A stretch of 64,000 nucleotides of DNA from the human T2T-CHM13v2.0 reference genome, Homo sapiens. Below, piece after piece: positions 47,721 to 62,889 of this stretch (its first letter is position 1; every line of letters begins with the position of its first letter). The notes beneath the pieces were generated by a model, which searched no databases, had not been told where the DNA came from, and was given only the letters and a program-made list of their open reading frames with translations. Made by a program: the position numbers and the translations under genes. The stretch is from NCBI RefSeq assembly GCF_009914755.1, contig NC_060935.1. One strand, given 5' to 3'.

Positions 47721-49559
47721 TTGGACTATATGGAAGTGTATAAGAACACAAACTTGGACTTTAAACAGTTTTGATTTAAATAGTGTTTCTACCATTTACA
47801 GGATTACTAATTTGGTCTTGGTCAAATTATGCAACTTCTATATTCCTTAATTTTCCTGTCATAAACAGAGTCACTGAAAGTGTCTACCTCATGATATGAG
47901 AATCAAAAGAGTTAACTGGAGTAGAGTGGAGTTGCATCTTATACAGGGGTTAAGTTCCAAAGTCAAAATTTAAGGCATAATTGTCTGTAGAACAAAAGCA
48001 CGCTACAAAATTCTTTTACCATGTCAGTATGTCTAACACAGACTACTTTCCCTCCATTGTAGGAGAGATCTTCATTTCTTCAATTACACACCAGATACAG
48101 CTCTTAGCTTTTATTTACAAGCTATAGTACATGAAAATTACTTGTTTTTAACACTAGACTAACACAGACTAATACACAGTAATTATTTTGTGGGAAGCCC
48201 ATGAAACGAGACCAACGAGAGTGCAGCCAATTCACGTCTCACACTTGGCTCACTACAGGACATACTAGAATTAAAATTATTTTTGCTGTCATTATAACGG
48301 CTGTCGTTGGGATTACGTTTGTTGTTATTATTATTTATTTTTTCTTTCTTTTAGGGAGTACGTAGCAAACATTTTAAAATTTACTCAATTTAAATTCACT
48401 TAATTTAAATTCAGATATTAGTATTTTTATACCAAAGTATTTGATGCAATTTAATTAATGCAATTGCATTGCAATTCAAGTAATAGTAGGTCTTCCACAG
48501 GTAACTTGTTAATATTATTATTTTTGTTGGTGGATGTATCTTACTTAAAATCAAAAATGAACAGAGTCTCAGAAGTTTTTCAAAGTCCCCTCACACCCCG
48601 AAAAAAATGTTGTAAAAACAGTAGAGATAAAAAGCATAACACATCATCTGGTTTCTTCCCACTCCTTGAGTAAAGTTAACACATTTCTTAAAAGTAGGCC
48701 AGTCCATTTTAGTTTTACTACTTTCCTACAAAGACTACATCTATCTTACAGTTCAAATTTTACCAAAATATCTCTTTCTATATTTTATCCCAATATTCTG
48801 AGCTACATAATACCTTGTACCAAAATAAATAATTCCTCTTTACTCTGACATTTGCCCTATTCAAATACATGTACAAATTAACCTACTTCCCCTTCAACTT
48901 AGTTATAAATATGTACTCGCTTTAATCTTTCTTGATAAGACAGCCCTCTAATCAATTTTTGTCCTCCCATTTCAGAGCTAAATTCAATACATGCCGTAAT
49001 TTAACTCTTAGGAGAAAGCTTACCATACAGAATGTAATGCATTTTAGTTAGAATTGGAAGATTTAAAGGCACACTTAGAAAAAAACACTCACTACTGTAA
49101 ATGCATAATGGAGATTTACCTAAAAGACATTGATTTTATCTTGATATATATTCTGAAGCTCATTGATGTTTGAAAACTTTTAGCTCCTATGTACCTGAAA
49201 GCAATAATACATTTTTTTCTGGCCTCTTAAGAATTAATGAAGTTTCCAATATCCATCATCTGTGAGCAAAATAAATAAACCTCAGGTTTTTAAGTCTACT
49301 GTAATACCTGTCAGAGATATTGGTTATTTGGATATTTCTTACTTGATCACTGGAGGTGATGGCTGATGATTCTCAAGAAACTGAGAAGCAGGTACAACAA
49401 GGAAGCTTATGTAATAATTAGCATAACTTTATAAGGAGATTTTTATGCATTTCATTTTATATTGAGAGATAATTAGGAATGCTTATTGATACCTTATGTT
49501 CCAGAACACCAAAAAAATAAGTATAGTATCCAGTGGCAAAGACTTCCTGACTCCTATAC

Positions 49560-52126
49560 CTTTTCGACCTTGAAGAGTGAGTCCAAGACCAGGCATCATT
49601 TACTATAAGCTGACTTAAGAGCCCTTGGGCCTTAAGGGAACATCAGAGGCAATCCAGCAGTACACCTATGGCCTAGGGTGGCAGTGGCTACAGGGTAAAC
49701 TTCTCTGCCTTTGGAAAGGGGAGAGAAGAGTGGAAAGGAGTGCCTGCTGTGTTTTGAGTGTTAGCTCAGCTGCAGTACCATAGAAAACCAGGTCGACTTC
49801 TAAGGTTTTTACTCTAGTTCCTGACTCCCAGTATCTTTGGACCACCCAGGGCCCAGGGAACCTCATCACCCTGAAGGGAAGAACACAGGCCTGCCTGGTT
49901 TTGCCATTGCCACTGTTGTGTCACTGCCCAGAGCCTAGAGCAAACGACATAGGTAATAGCCAGGGAGTGGTGATAGCATGCCTTGGACAAGATCCAGCAC
50001 TGTGCTGGCTTCAAGTCTGACCCATTGCAGTCATAGTTGTGGTGGCCACAGGGGTGCTTGTGTTATTCCATCCCCAGCTTTATGTTGCTCAGAACATAGA
50101 GAGAGACTTTGTTTGTTCAGGAGAAAGTAAGGGAAGAGAACAAGAGTCTCTGCCTAGTAATCCAGAGAATTCTCCCAGATCATGTTCAAGACCATAAAGA
50201 TCATACCTCTATAAGTCAGCAAGAACCACAGTGTCACTGGGCTTCATGTAACCCCTAAAGCAGACTCAACTTAGATAAAAACACCCAAGTCCTTTCAAAT
50301 CTCTGCAAAGCCTTCCCAAGAAAGATGAATACAAATAAGCTCAGACAGTGCGGACCAGTATATCTCCTAGCATCGACACCATCCAGGAAAACATTACCTC
50401 ACCAAATGAACCAAATAAAGCCCCAGGGACCAATCCTGAAGAAACAGAGATACATGACCTTTCAGACAGAGGATTCAAAATAGCTGTGCTGAGAAAATTT
50501 AAATACATTTAAGATAACACAGGGAAGGAATTCAGAATTCTATCAGATAAATTTAATGAACAGATTGAAATAACTAAAAAAGAATCAAATAGAAACACTG
50601 GAGCTGAAAAAAATGCAACTGGCATGCTGAAGAATGTATCAGAGTTCTTTAACAGCACAACTGAACAAGCAGAAGAAAGAATTAGTGAGCTTAATGAAAG
50701 GCCACCTGAAAATACACACTTAGAAGAGATAAAAGAAAGAATAAAAATTAACGAAGCACACCCACAGAATCCAGAAAATAGCCTCAAAAGGGCAAATAGA
50801 AGAGTTATTAGCCAGCCGGGGGCAGTGGCTCACACCTGTAATCCCAGCACTTTGGGAGGCTGAGGCGGGCAGATCACGAGGTCAGGAGATTGAGACCATC
50901 CTGGCTAACACCGTGAAACCCCGTCTCCACGAAAAATATAAAAAATGAGCCAGGCATGATGGTGGACGCCTGCTGAGGCAGGAGAATGGAGTGAACCCGG
51001 GAGGCGGAGCTTGCAGTGAGCCAAGATTGCATCCCTGCACTCTAGCCTGGGCAACAGAGCAAGACTCTGACTCAAAAAAAAAAAAAAAAAAAAACAGTTA
51101 TTAGCCTTAAAGAGGAGGTAGAGAAAGAGATAAATAGAAAGTTTATTAAGGGATAACAGAGAACTTCCCAAACCTAGAGAGAGAGAGATCGATATCAAAG
51201 TACAAGAAGGTTACAGAACACCAAGCAGTTTTAACACAAAGAAGACTACTTGAAGGTATTTAATAATCAAACTCCCAAAGGTCAAGGATAAAGAAAGAAT
51301 CCTAAAAGCAACAAGAGGAAAAAAACAAATTACATACCAAGCAGCTTCAATATATTTGGCAGCAGAGTTTTCAGCGGAAACCTTACTGGCCAGGAAGAGT
51401 GGCATGACATACATAAAGTACTAAAAAAAAAAAAAAAAAACACCTTTTACCCTATAAAAGTATATCCAGTGAAAATATCTTTCAAAATTAAAGAAGAAAT
51501 AAAGACCTTCCCAGATAAACAAATGCTGAGAGATTTCGTCAACATTGGACCTGTCCTATAAGAAATAACCAGAAAGAAAGGAATATTAATGAGAAGTAAT
51601 CATCTGAGAGTACACAACTCACTGGTAATAACACACAAAATATTATAACTGTGGTGTGTAAACTACTCTTATTCTAAGTTGAAAAGCTAACCTATAAACC
51701 AATGAAAACAATAACTACATCAACTTTCAAGACATAGTAAAATAAGCTACAAATAGAAACACCAAAAAGTAAAAAATCAAGGAGACAAAGTCAAGTGAGT
51801 TTTTATTAGTTTTCTTTTTACTTATCTGCTATTTTTTTACATAGTATTAAGTTGTTAGGTGAAAATAATGGGTTATAAGATAGTATTTGCAAGTCTCGTG
51901 GCAACCTCAAACCAAAAACACAATGGATACCCAAAAAATGAAAAACAGGAAATTAATCATATCACCAGGAAATCATGTTCACTAGGGGAAGACAGGAATG
52001 AAAAAAAGAAGAAAGATGATGAAACAACAAGAAAATAAATAACAAAATAGCAGGAGTAACTCCATAGTTATTAATAATAATATTGAGTATAAATGGACTA
52101 AACTCTCCAATCAAAAGACATAGAAA
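49560..52126 (+). mobile_element. L1MA/L1M1-type 5' UTR, ORF1 and start of ORF2
   Basis: ORF1 peptide FNSTTEQAEERISEL...ENSLKRAN; aaggtcaaggataaagaaagaatcctaaaagca; ORF2 start aaatggactaaactctccaatcaaaagacataga. Confidence 0.88.
50814..51094 (+). mobile_element. AluY with ~20-25 bp internal deletion, inside L1 ORF1
   Basis: Junction ggacgcctg|ctgaggcagg; TSD gttattagcc on both sides. Confidence 0.93.
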
Positions 52127-52127
52127 G

Positions 52128-52265
52128 GGCTGGGCACAGTGGCTCACACCTGTAATCCCAGCATTTTGGGAGGTTGAGGTGGGCAGATCACTTGAGGTCA
52201 GGAGTTCAGGATCAGCCTGGCCAACATAGTGAAACCCCATCTGTACTAAAAAATTGCAAAAAAAA
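52128..52265 (+). mobile_element. Alu left monomer only (AluS-like), truncated at the A-rich linker
   Basis: ggctgggcacagtggctcac...tactaaaaaattgcaaaaaaaa followed by unrelated L1 sequence. Confidence 0.9.
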
Positions 52266-52272
52266 TGTAATA

Positions 52273-52426
52273 AGTATTCCATGGTGTATATGTGCCACAT
52301 TTTCTTTATCCAGTCTATCATTGATGGGCATTTGGGTTGGTTCCAAGTCTTTGCTATTGTGAATAGTGCTACAATAAACACACATGTGTATGTGTCTTTA
52401 TGGTAGAATGATTTATAATCCTTCAG

Positions 52427-52469
<43 letters not shown>

Positions 52470-53958
52470 CAGTAATGGGATTGCTGGGTCAAATGGTATT
52501 TCTGGCTCTAGATCCTTGAAGAATCATTACACTGTCTTCCACAACGTTAAACTAGGTTATTCTACCATCAACAGTGTAGAAGTGTTCCTATTTCTCCACA
52601 TCCTCTCCAGCATCTGTTGTTTCCTGACTTTTTAATGATCGCTATTCTAATGGGCGTGAGTTTTGATTTGCATTTCTCTAATGACCAGTGATGATGAGCT
52701 TTTTTCATATGGTTTTTGGCTGCATAAATGTCTTCTTTTGAGAAGTGTCTGTTCCTATCCTTCACTCACTTTTTGATGGGGTTGTTTTTTTCTTGTAAAG
52801 TTGTTTATGTTCCTTATAGATTTGGATATTAGCCATTTGTTAGATGGATAGATTGCAAAAATTTTCTCCCATTCTAGAGGATGCCTGTTCACTCTGATGA
52901 TAGTTTCTTTTGCTGTGAAGAAGCTCTTTAGTTTAATTAGATCCCATTTGTCAATTTTGGCTTTAGTTGCCATTGCTTTTGGTGTTTTAGTCATGAAGTA
53001 TTTCCCATGACTATGACCTGAATGGTATTGCCTAGGTTTTCTTCTCGGGTTTTTATGGTTTTAGGTTTTACATTTAAGTCTTTTATCTATCGTGAGTTAA
53101 TTTTTGTATAACGTGTAAGGAAAGGGTCCAGTTTCAGTTTTCTGCATATGGCTAGCCAGTTTTCCTGACATCATTTATTAAATAGGGAATCCTTTCCCCA
53201 TTGCTTGTTTTTCTCAAGTTTGTCAAAGATTAGATGGTTGTAGATGTGTAGTGTTATTTCTGAGGCCTCTGTTATTTTCCACTGGTCTATATATCTGTTT
53301 TGGTACCAGTACCATGCTCTTTTGGTTACTGTAGCCTTATAGTATAGTTTGAAGTCAGGTAGTGTGATGCCTCCAGCTTTGTTCTTTTTGCTTAGGATTG
53401 TCTTGGCTATACGGGCTCTTTTTTGGTTCCATATGAAATTCAAGGTAGTTTTTTTCTAACTATGTGAAGAAAGTCAATGGTAGCTTGATGGGGATAGCAT
53501 TGAATCTGTAAATTACTTTGGGCAGTATGGACCTTTCTTTTCACAATATTGATTCTTCCTATCCATGAGCATGGAATGTTTTACTATTTGTTTGTGTGAG
53601 CAGTGGTTTGTAGTTCTCATTGGAGAGGTCCTTCATATCCCTTATAAGCTCTATTCCTAGGTATTTTATTCTCTTTGTAGCAATTGTGAATGGGAGTTCA
53701 CTCATGATTTGGCTCTCTATTATTGGTGTATAGGAATGCTTGTGAATTTTGCACATTGATTTGGTATCTTGAGATTTTGCTGAAGTTGCTTATCAGATTA
53801 AGGAGATTTTGGGCTGAGATGATGGGGTTTTCTAAATATACAATCATGTCTTCTGCAAACAGACAACTTGGCTTTCTCTCTTCCTATGCCCTCTCACCAC
53901 TCCTATTCAACATAGTATTAGATTTCTGGCCAGGGCAATCAGGCAAGACGAAAGAAAT
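52273..53958 (-). mobile_element. L1PA7-like ORF2 3' part with 5' inversion (inverted piece 53886-53958 on +); 3' end missing
   Basis: Peptides [23 protein letters not shown] and [37 protein letters not shown]; (TA)n at 52430-52466. Confidence 0.92.
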
Positions 53959-53983
53959 TGATGCACTTTTGAAAGTTTACTCT

Positions 53984-54303
<320 letters not shown>

Positions 54304-55699
54304 AAAAGTTACTCTACCAGTGAATTTCCAGAAGAAGAAATAGTAAAGTTCTGGTACAGACAATGTCAGTGTTCTTATATCTGACTCAGGTACAAAAGAC
54401 TCATCAATCTTCCTAGCAAACATTTTATAGATGGCCTAGGAGAAGGAGATTTCTAGTGTAATATGCAAAAATAAAAATGTAATATTCTGGAAATTAATAA
54501 TTAATCTGGAGGAGCTGTGGTATTTTTAATAGACTGGTAAAAATGTTGATTTACTTTAGAATTTTGATTTAGAGCGAAATCATGTCACCAAATGTATATT
54601 AGCAGCATGCAGCACAAGTTAAAAAAGTACAGAAACTAAGAAGCACAAATGATTTAATGTATATTTTTATTTCTATTCAAAGTGTTACCATATTTAATAC
54701 TTGCAAATAATACTTCTGTATAATGACATAGAGGAGGAATTCTCTTTAGCTGTTTCATTTATTATTTTCCCACTAATAAAGACTATCATTTATTATTCCT
54801 GATCCTGTTTTTAATTGTGTACATTATTACTTATTATTAATAACACTTTTACTAATAGATTTTAATGAGAAGTAAATAATTGCTCCATTAATATAATCAC
54901 AAGATTATATACTTGTCATAAACTTAATCCTCAACTACTTTCATTAACTATTTATAGGATTTTAAATTGCATTTATTGGGTTTATTTTATATGCAAGCTC
55001 TAATATTATAAATATATTTAAGTTTACAATAACTGTTTACAAGGCCCAAATTGCCGTATTTTTCCCCAATCTTTGAAAATGTATTCTCTAATTATGTGAT
55101 AATAACTATTCAGTGATAGGGCAATTATAGAGTAATTGCTATGTCATTATTGAGTAATAACATTGTAACACCATGAAATTACAGGGTAGATAAATACATG
55201 GCGAATTTTACATACTAAAGCATAGTACAGAAAATCAAATAATTATATTGCACTGCTTTTCTACGGTACAGAAAATCAAATAATTATATTTCAAAGCATA
55301 CAATAAATCACACTAATCAGTTTTCAGTAGATTTATATAGTAAGAAAATTGCTTCAAAGCAAAACCTCTATTGCTTTTTTGGTTAAAGAAACTGGCTTAG
55401 TTTTTGTGGTAAAGCAAGTAATGGAGATACAGTGTGTGATTAAGCATTTATGTTTTTCTTTAAATATCATTACTTATATTACCTTTTACACTCAGTAAAC
55501 ATATTATACTACAAAAGTCAGCTTTCTCAGAAAAAAATTCCCACTGCTATTATTTTCGTGTCATTCTCTCACCGAAATGGACACTAAAATAGAGACAATC
55601 AGCTCTTATCATTTTAATTTGTATGCTAAATTTACATACACATTTTCACTTGTATGAAACAAACAAAAAGAGTCTACTATGGAAAAGTAGTTTCTCAAC

Positions 55700-56285
55700 T
55701 TCAACTGCATATTTTTGCAAGGCTTTAATGTCATGAATGGCAACAGTATTCTAGGGAAAACTCTCCTGGATCAAAGAAGAACTAAATTCATAACAAGTAA
55801 AATGATTCTAGATTAGATTCTGGGTCACAAAGAAAACATCTATAAAGGATATTATGAGGAGAATTGGGAAAAAGTGAATTTGGGTTCAAATACTAAGTAG
55901 AATTATTGAATTGATGTTAAGCTTTTTGATTGTGCTACGTTATATTGTTTTTATATTGAAGAAAATATTTATTCATTAAGAATTTATGTTCTATCATTAA
56001 CCACAATGTTCTACCCACTTCAGTTTTAAAAAAACCAAAAATCTGTGTCTATATATACACACGCACACACAAAATGAAGGGCTGAGGAGAGAAGGAAGAA
56101 AGAAAGAGAAAGCAGTAATAGTAAAATGTGAACAAGAAGGGTAAAGACAAGTGGGGGGTGGAAGAGAGAGCGTAAAAAGAAAGAGAAAATTATATATAGA
56201 TGATAAATACAAGGATGCTTATTGTAGTGTTCTTGAAACACTTTTAGGTTTAATTTTTTTATATAAAATTTAAGGAAAAGTTTCA
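55700..56285 (+). mobile_element. Degenerate L1MC/L1ME 3' UTR fragments
   Basis: tagattagattctgggtcacaaag...taaaggatattatgaggagaattgggaaaa...ttgatgttaagctttttgattgtg. Confidence 0.5.
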
Positions 56286-56364
56286 TTTACCTTTTAAGTG
56301 TATGAGAGCTTCACTCGGTTCAACCAACATATTCTGACTGAGTGGGAAATACCCAGAAGAATAA

Positions 56365-56674
<310 letters not shown>

Positions 56675-57261
56675 AACACAGGTTTTCTTTCAGTCAGGAA
56701 TAATAGTTTCTTGATTAGCATGGACATGTATAGAAATTACCACATTCTACAGATTCATAATGTGTTACTTATCTTGAGCTTGCAAACTGCTTATGAGTGG
56801 CCCTAGAAAGGAACTGATATAGTCTGGACAATGACTTCATAAATACTAGATTTGCATAAGAAGACAAAAAAGTGAGGAAACCCAGGGATCTTAAGTATAA
56901 CTAAACGTCAGTGATACATCACAGGATGTTTAAACATATGTTATTCTTTACCTAGACTTCTTTCTTCATGTGTAGTAGTGCATCCTTTCATTTGATTCAA
57001 GTCCCTTACTGTTTTATACACTCCAAAATATTTCACTGTGATTCTAGAACTCATCATGATCTTTCATCATTATATATGCTGATATATTCTCAAAATTTTT
57101 CTCTAAGTATATTCCTATCTAGCTAAAAATAGCCATAACCTGACGATATTGCTTTAGCTGCAGTCGTTCAAAGTGGCAGCTTTCATTGATCCCCTTCCGT
57201 AGCCAACCATATCTTCAGACCTAACTAAACTCTTAGGTGAATTTCTCATTGCTGCTACTAG

Positions 57262-57935
57262 GCTAGAGGATGGTAAACTTGTTCTAAAGAGCCAGAGAGT
57301 AAAGCTTAGGCTCTATAGCCGATATATGGTCTCTGTTGTGGCTGCTGTTGCTGCCTCCTTCATCTCCTCTTTCTTTTGTTTGTTTGTTTGTTTGTGTGTC
57401 AATAAGAACTTTTTTTTAATACTTTAAGTTTTAGGGTACATGTGCACAACATGCAGGTTAGTTACATATGTATACATGTGCCATGTTGGTTTGCTGCACC
57501 CATTAACTCGTCATTTAACATTAGGTATATCTCCTAATGCTATCCCTCCCCCCTTCCCCTTCCCCCACCCCACAACAGTCCCCGGTGTGTGCTGTTCCCC
57601 TTCCTGTGTCCATGTGTTCTCATTGTTCAATTCCCACCTGTGAGTGAAAACATGCCGTGTTTGTTTTTTTGTCTTTGGGATAGTTTGCTGAGAATGATGG
57701 TTTCCAGCTTCATCCATGTCCCTACAAAGGACATGAACTCATCCTTTTTTATGGCTGCATAGTATTCCATGGTGTATATGTGCCACATTTTCTTAATCCA
57801 GTCTATCATTGTTGGACATTTGGATTGGTTCCAAGTCTTTGCTATTGTGAATAGTGCCGCAATAAACATACGTGTGCATGTGTCTTTATAGCAGCATGAT
57901 TTATAATCCTTTGGGTGTTTGTTTGTTTTAAAACA

Positions 57936-57976
<41 letters not shown>

Positions 57977-58050
57977 CTTACTTTAATTGGCCACACAGGC
58001 CAAAGTCTGGATTTTCCCTATAAGCTATAGTTTACTCAGCCTTGTTCTAG
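57262..58050. mobile_element. MER58-like hAT element split by the L1PA insertion
   Basis: Left end ctagaggatggtaaacttgttctaaagagccagagagtaaa; right end ctatagtttactcagccttgttctag. Confidence 0.6.
57409..57916 (-). mobile_element. L1PA (PA4-6-like) 3' end, ~500 bp, 5'-truncated
   Basis: atactttaagttttagggtacatgtgcacaac...gcagcatgatttataatcctttgggt; peptide YKDTCTRMFIAALFTIAKTWNQ. Confidence 0.95.
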
Positions 58051-58909
58051 ACTATAATTTCTTTTTTTCCCCCTAAGAGAAAATTTATTTATTATCTTTA
58101 AAGTTATCATCTATTGTTCTCCCAGTTATCAATCCTCATTCACTTTAGCATTTCACTCTCCATCCCTATTCCAGTAATTATTTCTGCAATTACAGATCCA
58201 TACATAAGATAAATGATCCATTCATCAGTCTTTTCTCTCAGTTGCGTGTATATTTGTTTTCTGTTTTATATCTTTCCCCAATAACTCAAAACTACACAAC
58301 TTCCAAATCTCAGGTCCAGACATCTTACTCTCTTTTCACTGTCTTCAAAGTTTCCAACTCACCACTTCTAGTCACTCCACACAACAATTACACCACAGAA
58401 ACCTAGTTTATATTGACTGTATGAAATTTTTCTATTGTTTCCTCTCCTCATATTCTCACTTTTATTTCGGTTTATTGTTATAATCATTGCCTTACACATA
58501 TCCACAATCCTTCTGCCAACTGTACTCTTCTTCATTGTAGTCTACAAGCAAAACACAGCTATGCTAAGATCCAGCACATGGCTTTTTCTGTGGTTGCAAT
58601 GAGAATCAGCTAGGAAAAATACACAACTGAGCTGATTTACTAGTGATCTAAAACTCGGGTTTCCAGTGTCTCTCCTCAAATTGTCAATAACACCTCCTTC
58701 ATCCTTACTCTCACCTTAGGACCTTACTTATTACGTTATTGAAGCAATTAAGAAGAGAACACTCACAATTATCCCTTCCCACATCTGTAACTGTGTCTGT
58801 ATACTCTACCAACCATGCTGTTGTTTGACTGGAGCGTACTTACTCCCATTTCAGGGATGTACACTGGATCCCATCCCCTCTCACTTACTGATGGACTTCA
58901 CATCCATAA

Positions 58910-59265
<356 letters not shown>

Positions 59266-61971
59266 CATAATTTTCTGCTTCTGTTTTGTCTCATCAACTT
59301 TTCTTGCTTTACTTGAATGCTACTATCTGGATAGAAACCTGCTTTATGATCTACAATCTTAAAAAGAAAGAAAAATCATCCCCTGATTCTGTCTTTTTAA
59401 CTACTATTCTACTTCTATGCAATCCCATGTAACAAAATTCAGAAGAAAGTTTCCTTAAGAAGCTACCCTGTCTCCAGATCCTCTTTTCATTTCTGGAGAC
59501 CCATTTCAATTTGGCTTTTATGACAGCTTCCCCTGTTATTAAGTGTTTCTATTCATCCTGGAAAAAAAAGTCAATTCCAAATTCACATTGAACTCAAATT
59601 CTTATCGGCATTTGACACAGTTGAGAAGTTCCTCATAACTGTTTCCTCACTCAGATTCTAGTGCACCTAACTATTCTTCATTTTTTCCTACATCTTTGGG
59701 TGTTTCTTCCTAGTCTAATTTATAAACCTCCTCCTCTTCTTAACTTCATAAAAAGGTTTTCTACGGTTCAGATGCAGCATATTTTCTTAGTGAAATTTTT
59801 TTTTAAGTCTCTGGTTCACTGATTTTCAAGCAAGCACTGTGTATACTGTGGAGCACAAGAAGACTTTTTGAGGAGCATACAAATATGGACAGTTTCAAGA
59901 AACCCATTTTTCCAATCTTCATCCTTAATATGCACACTTTACTGAAAATAATCTGCCTGAGAATGTGCTCACAGTGAGACATACTTTGCAAATCCTTTCC
60001 CAGCTCTCAAGCAATAGACCTTCCTCGTTACAGAAAACAAAATAAGCAAAAGATAAGCACACACATACTACATATATGCACACTCATATATAAAATAGAT
60101 GTACATGCAATGTTAATTTTCTTTGACAAAAATTTTAGTGACTTAGTAGAAGGAAATGGCCATTGGTGTTTCAAATATTTATCTTTCCTTCTACTTTATT
60201 CTACACCTCATATCTCTGTTGACATTAAAATAACCCCCTCCACTAACACACACACGGGAGAGAGAGAAATATATTTAAAACATTCAACAAAAATTACCTG
60301 TACCTTGAAACAAGTAGCATGTCAGTTTTATATCTCTGACAATGGGTCCCATGATTATAAATAAAATAAACATTGTAGTGCTTTTCAATTGAACACTAGC
60401 AAAATCAAATATTAGAGCTGTGGCTAGTCTTTTTCCTAATTGTTATGGTACCATTCAAATCAAAGGGAAGGACTGGTTTCTAAATAATTCTGTATTCATT
60501 ATCTGAAATATGTGTTTATATATTGCAAATAAAACATAATGTAAAGTTGACTTTCTAAAGAAAAATAAATATTTCCAGAGAAAAATGAATACTTGAGAAG
60601 AGTTTTTGAAGAAATAATATCTGAAATAAGAATCAGTTCTTGAAACCAACAAACAAAAAATCTTAAAGTTTGGTAATAGAAATGCCAGGTATTAAAGGCT
60701 GGTTATCCATCCAACGTCATATCAAATTTCTTACATCAGAATATATTACATGCACTTGGTGATTATGTAAAAATCTCTTCAGTGACCTTATTTAAAAAAT
60801 ATTAAGGACGCTAATTTTACTACTATTTAATTTTGCTAGCAAGCACCTATTTAGAAATATTTGATTTCTGTGACATTTTTGTATTCATTAAAAACACTTT
60901 TAAAAATGTAGCTCTTCAAACAAAAAGGTCCCTATACAAGATGAAAATTATAAGGTCTACTCTTTATTCTTTGAAAGCTACTCACGTAAATGTGACATTC
61001 TAAATATTTATTAATTACTATTAAAACATATTTACTAATATTCTGATTAAAATGACTATAAAATTGATATGTAATTCCATGTGGACCCATGAAATTAATT
61101 TGATACTTTTGAAAATAAAATAACTTTAAAAATCATAACTATCCATGCTCTATTTTATCTTTAATAATCTTTATCATTTTTTCCTACATAGGCACATTTT
61201 TTTTTTAGTTTTCCCTTACTACTGTATGTTTCATGCATTTCTAGACTCTCTTTTCTTATTCACTCAATGATAATAAACTGTTATTTATTACTTAAAAATA
61301 ATTTACTAAGGACATGTTTTCAATTTAGCAAGAAATCTTACAAATGTATTCACTTTAATAAACTATATTAAAGGTTACGTTCATCATCCACACATCATAG
61401 AGAATATCAGAAGGTACTTAATGTTTCTGATTAAAGGTCAATTCTCATAAAGCTTTTGTTCTTTCGCATGCTGTATTTTCTATTTATTTATGACTTACAT
61501 ATTTACTGATTTTTTCAACTAAGATTTTATTCATTAACCAGAAATATGTACACATTTTCTCAATGTGTATGTATACACATCCATCCATACATCCAAATCA
61601 ATTTATATATATATAAACAAATTTTCTTTGTGTCAATAAATACTGCATATCATTTAGATAAGATATGAGATTTATTATCCTTTCAATCAGGGAGAAGTAC
61701 CTTTCAAGAATGATTAAAACAAAACTGGTAATTTTATTACTAGTAGTTGGTAATTGCAACCACTCAATATTTTTGCAAGCCTACAATCAAATTTTGATTA
61801 GGTTATCTGTTTTTAGTGAAAAAAATAGCCCAATTATATTGCAAATAATTATTGAATATCATCTTTTTCAGATTTTCAAAATCAAATCATTAAATACAGA
61901 GAAAAATATGTGAAACACCTTTTGGTATTTCTTTGAAAGCATCAGTTTTTCCTATTATAACAGAAACAAGA

Positions 61972-62889
<918 letters not shown>

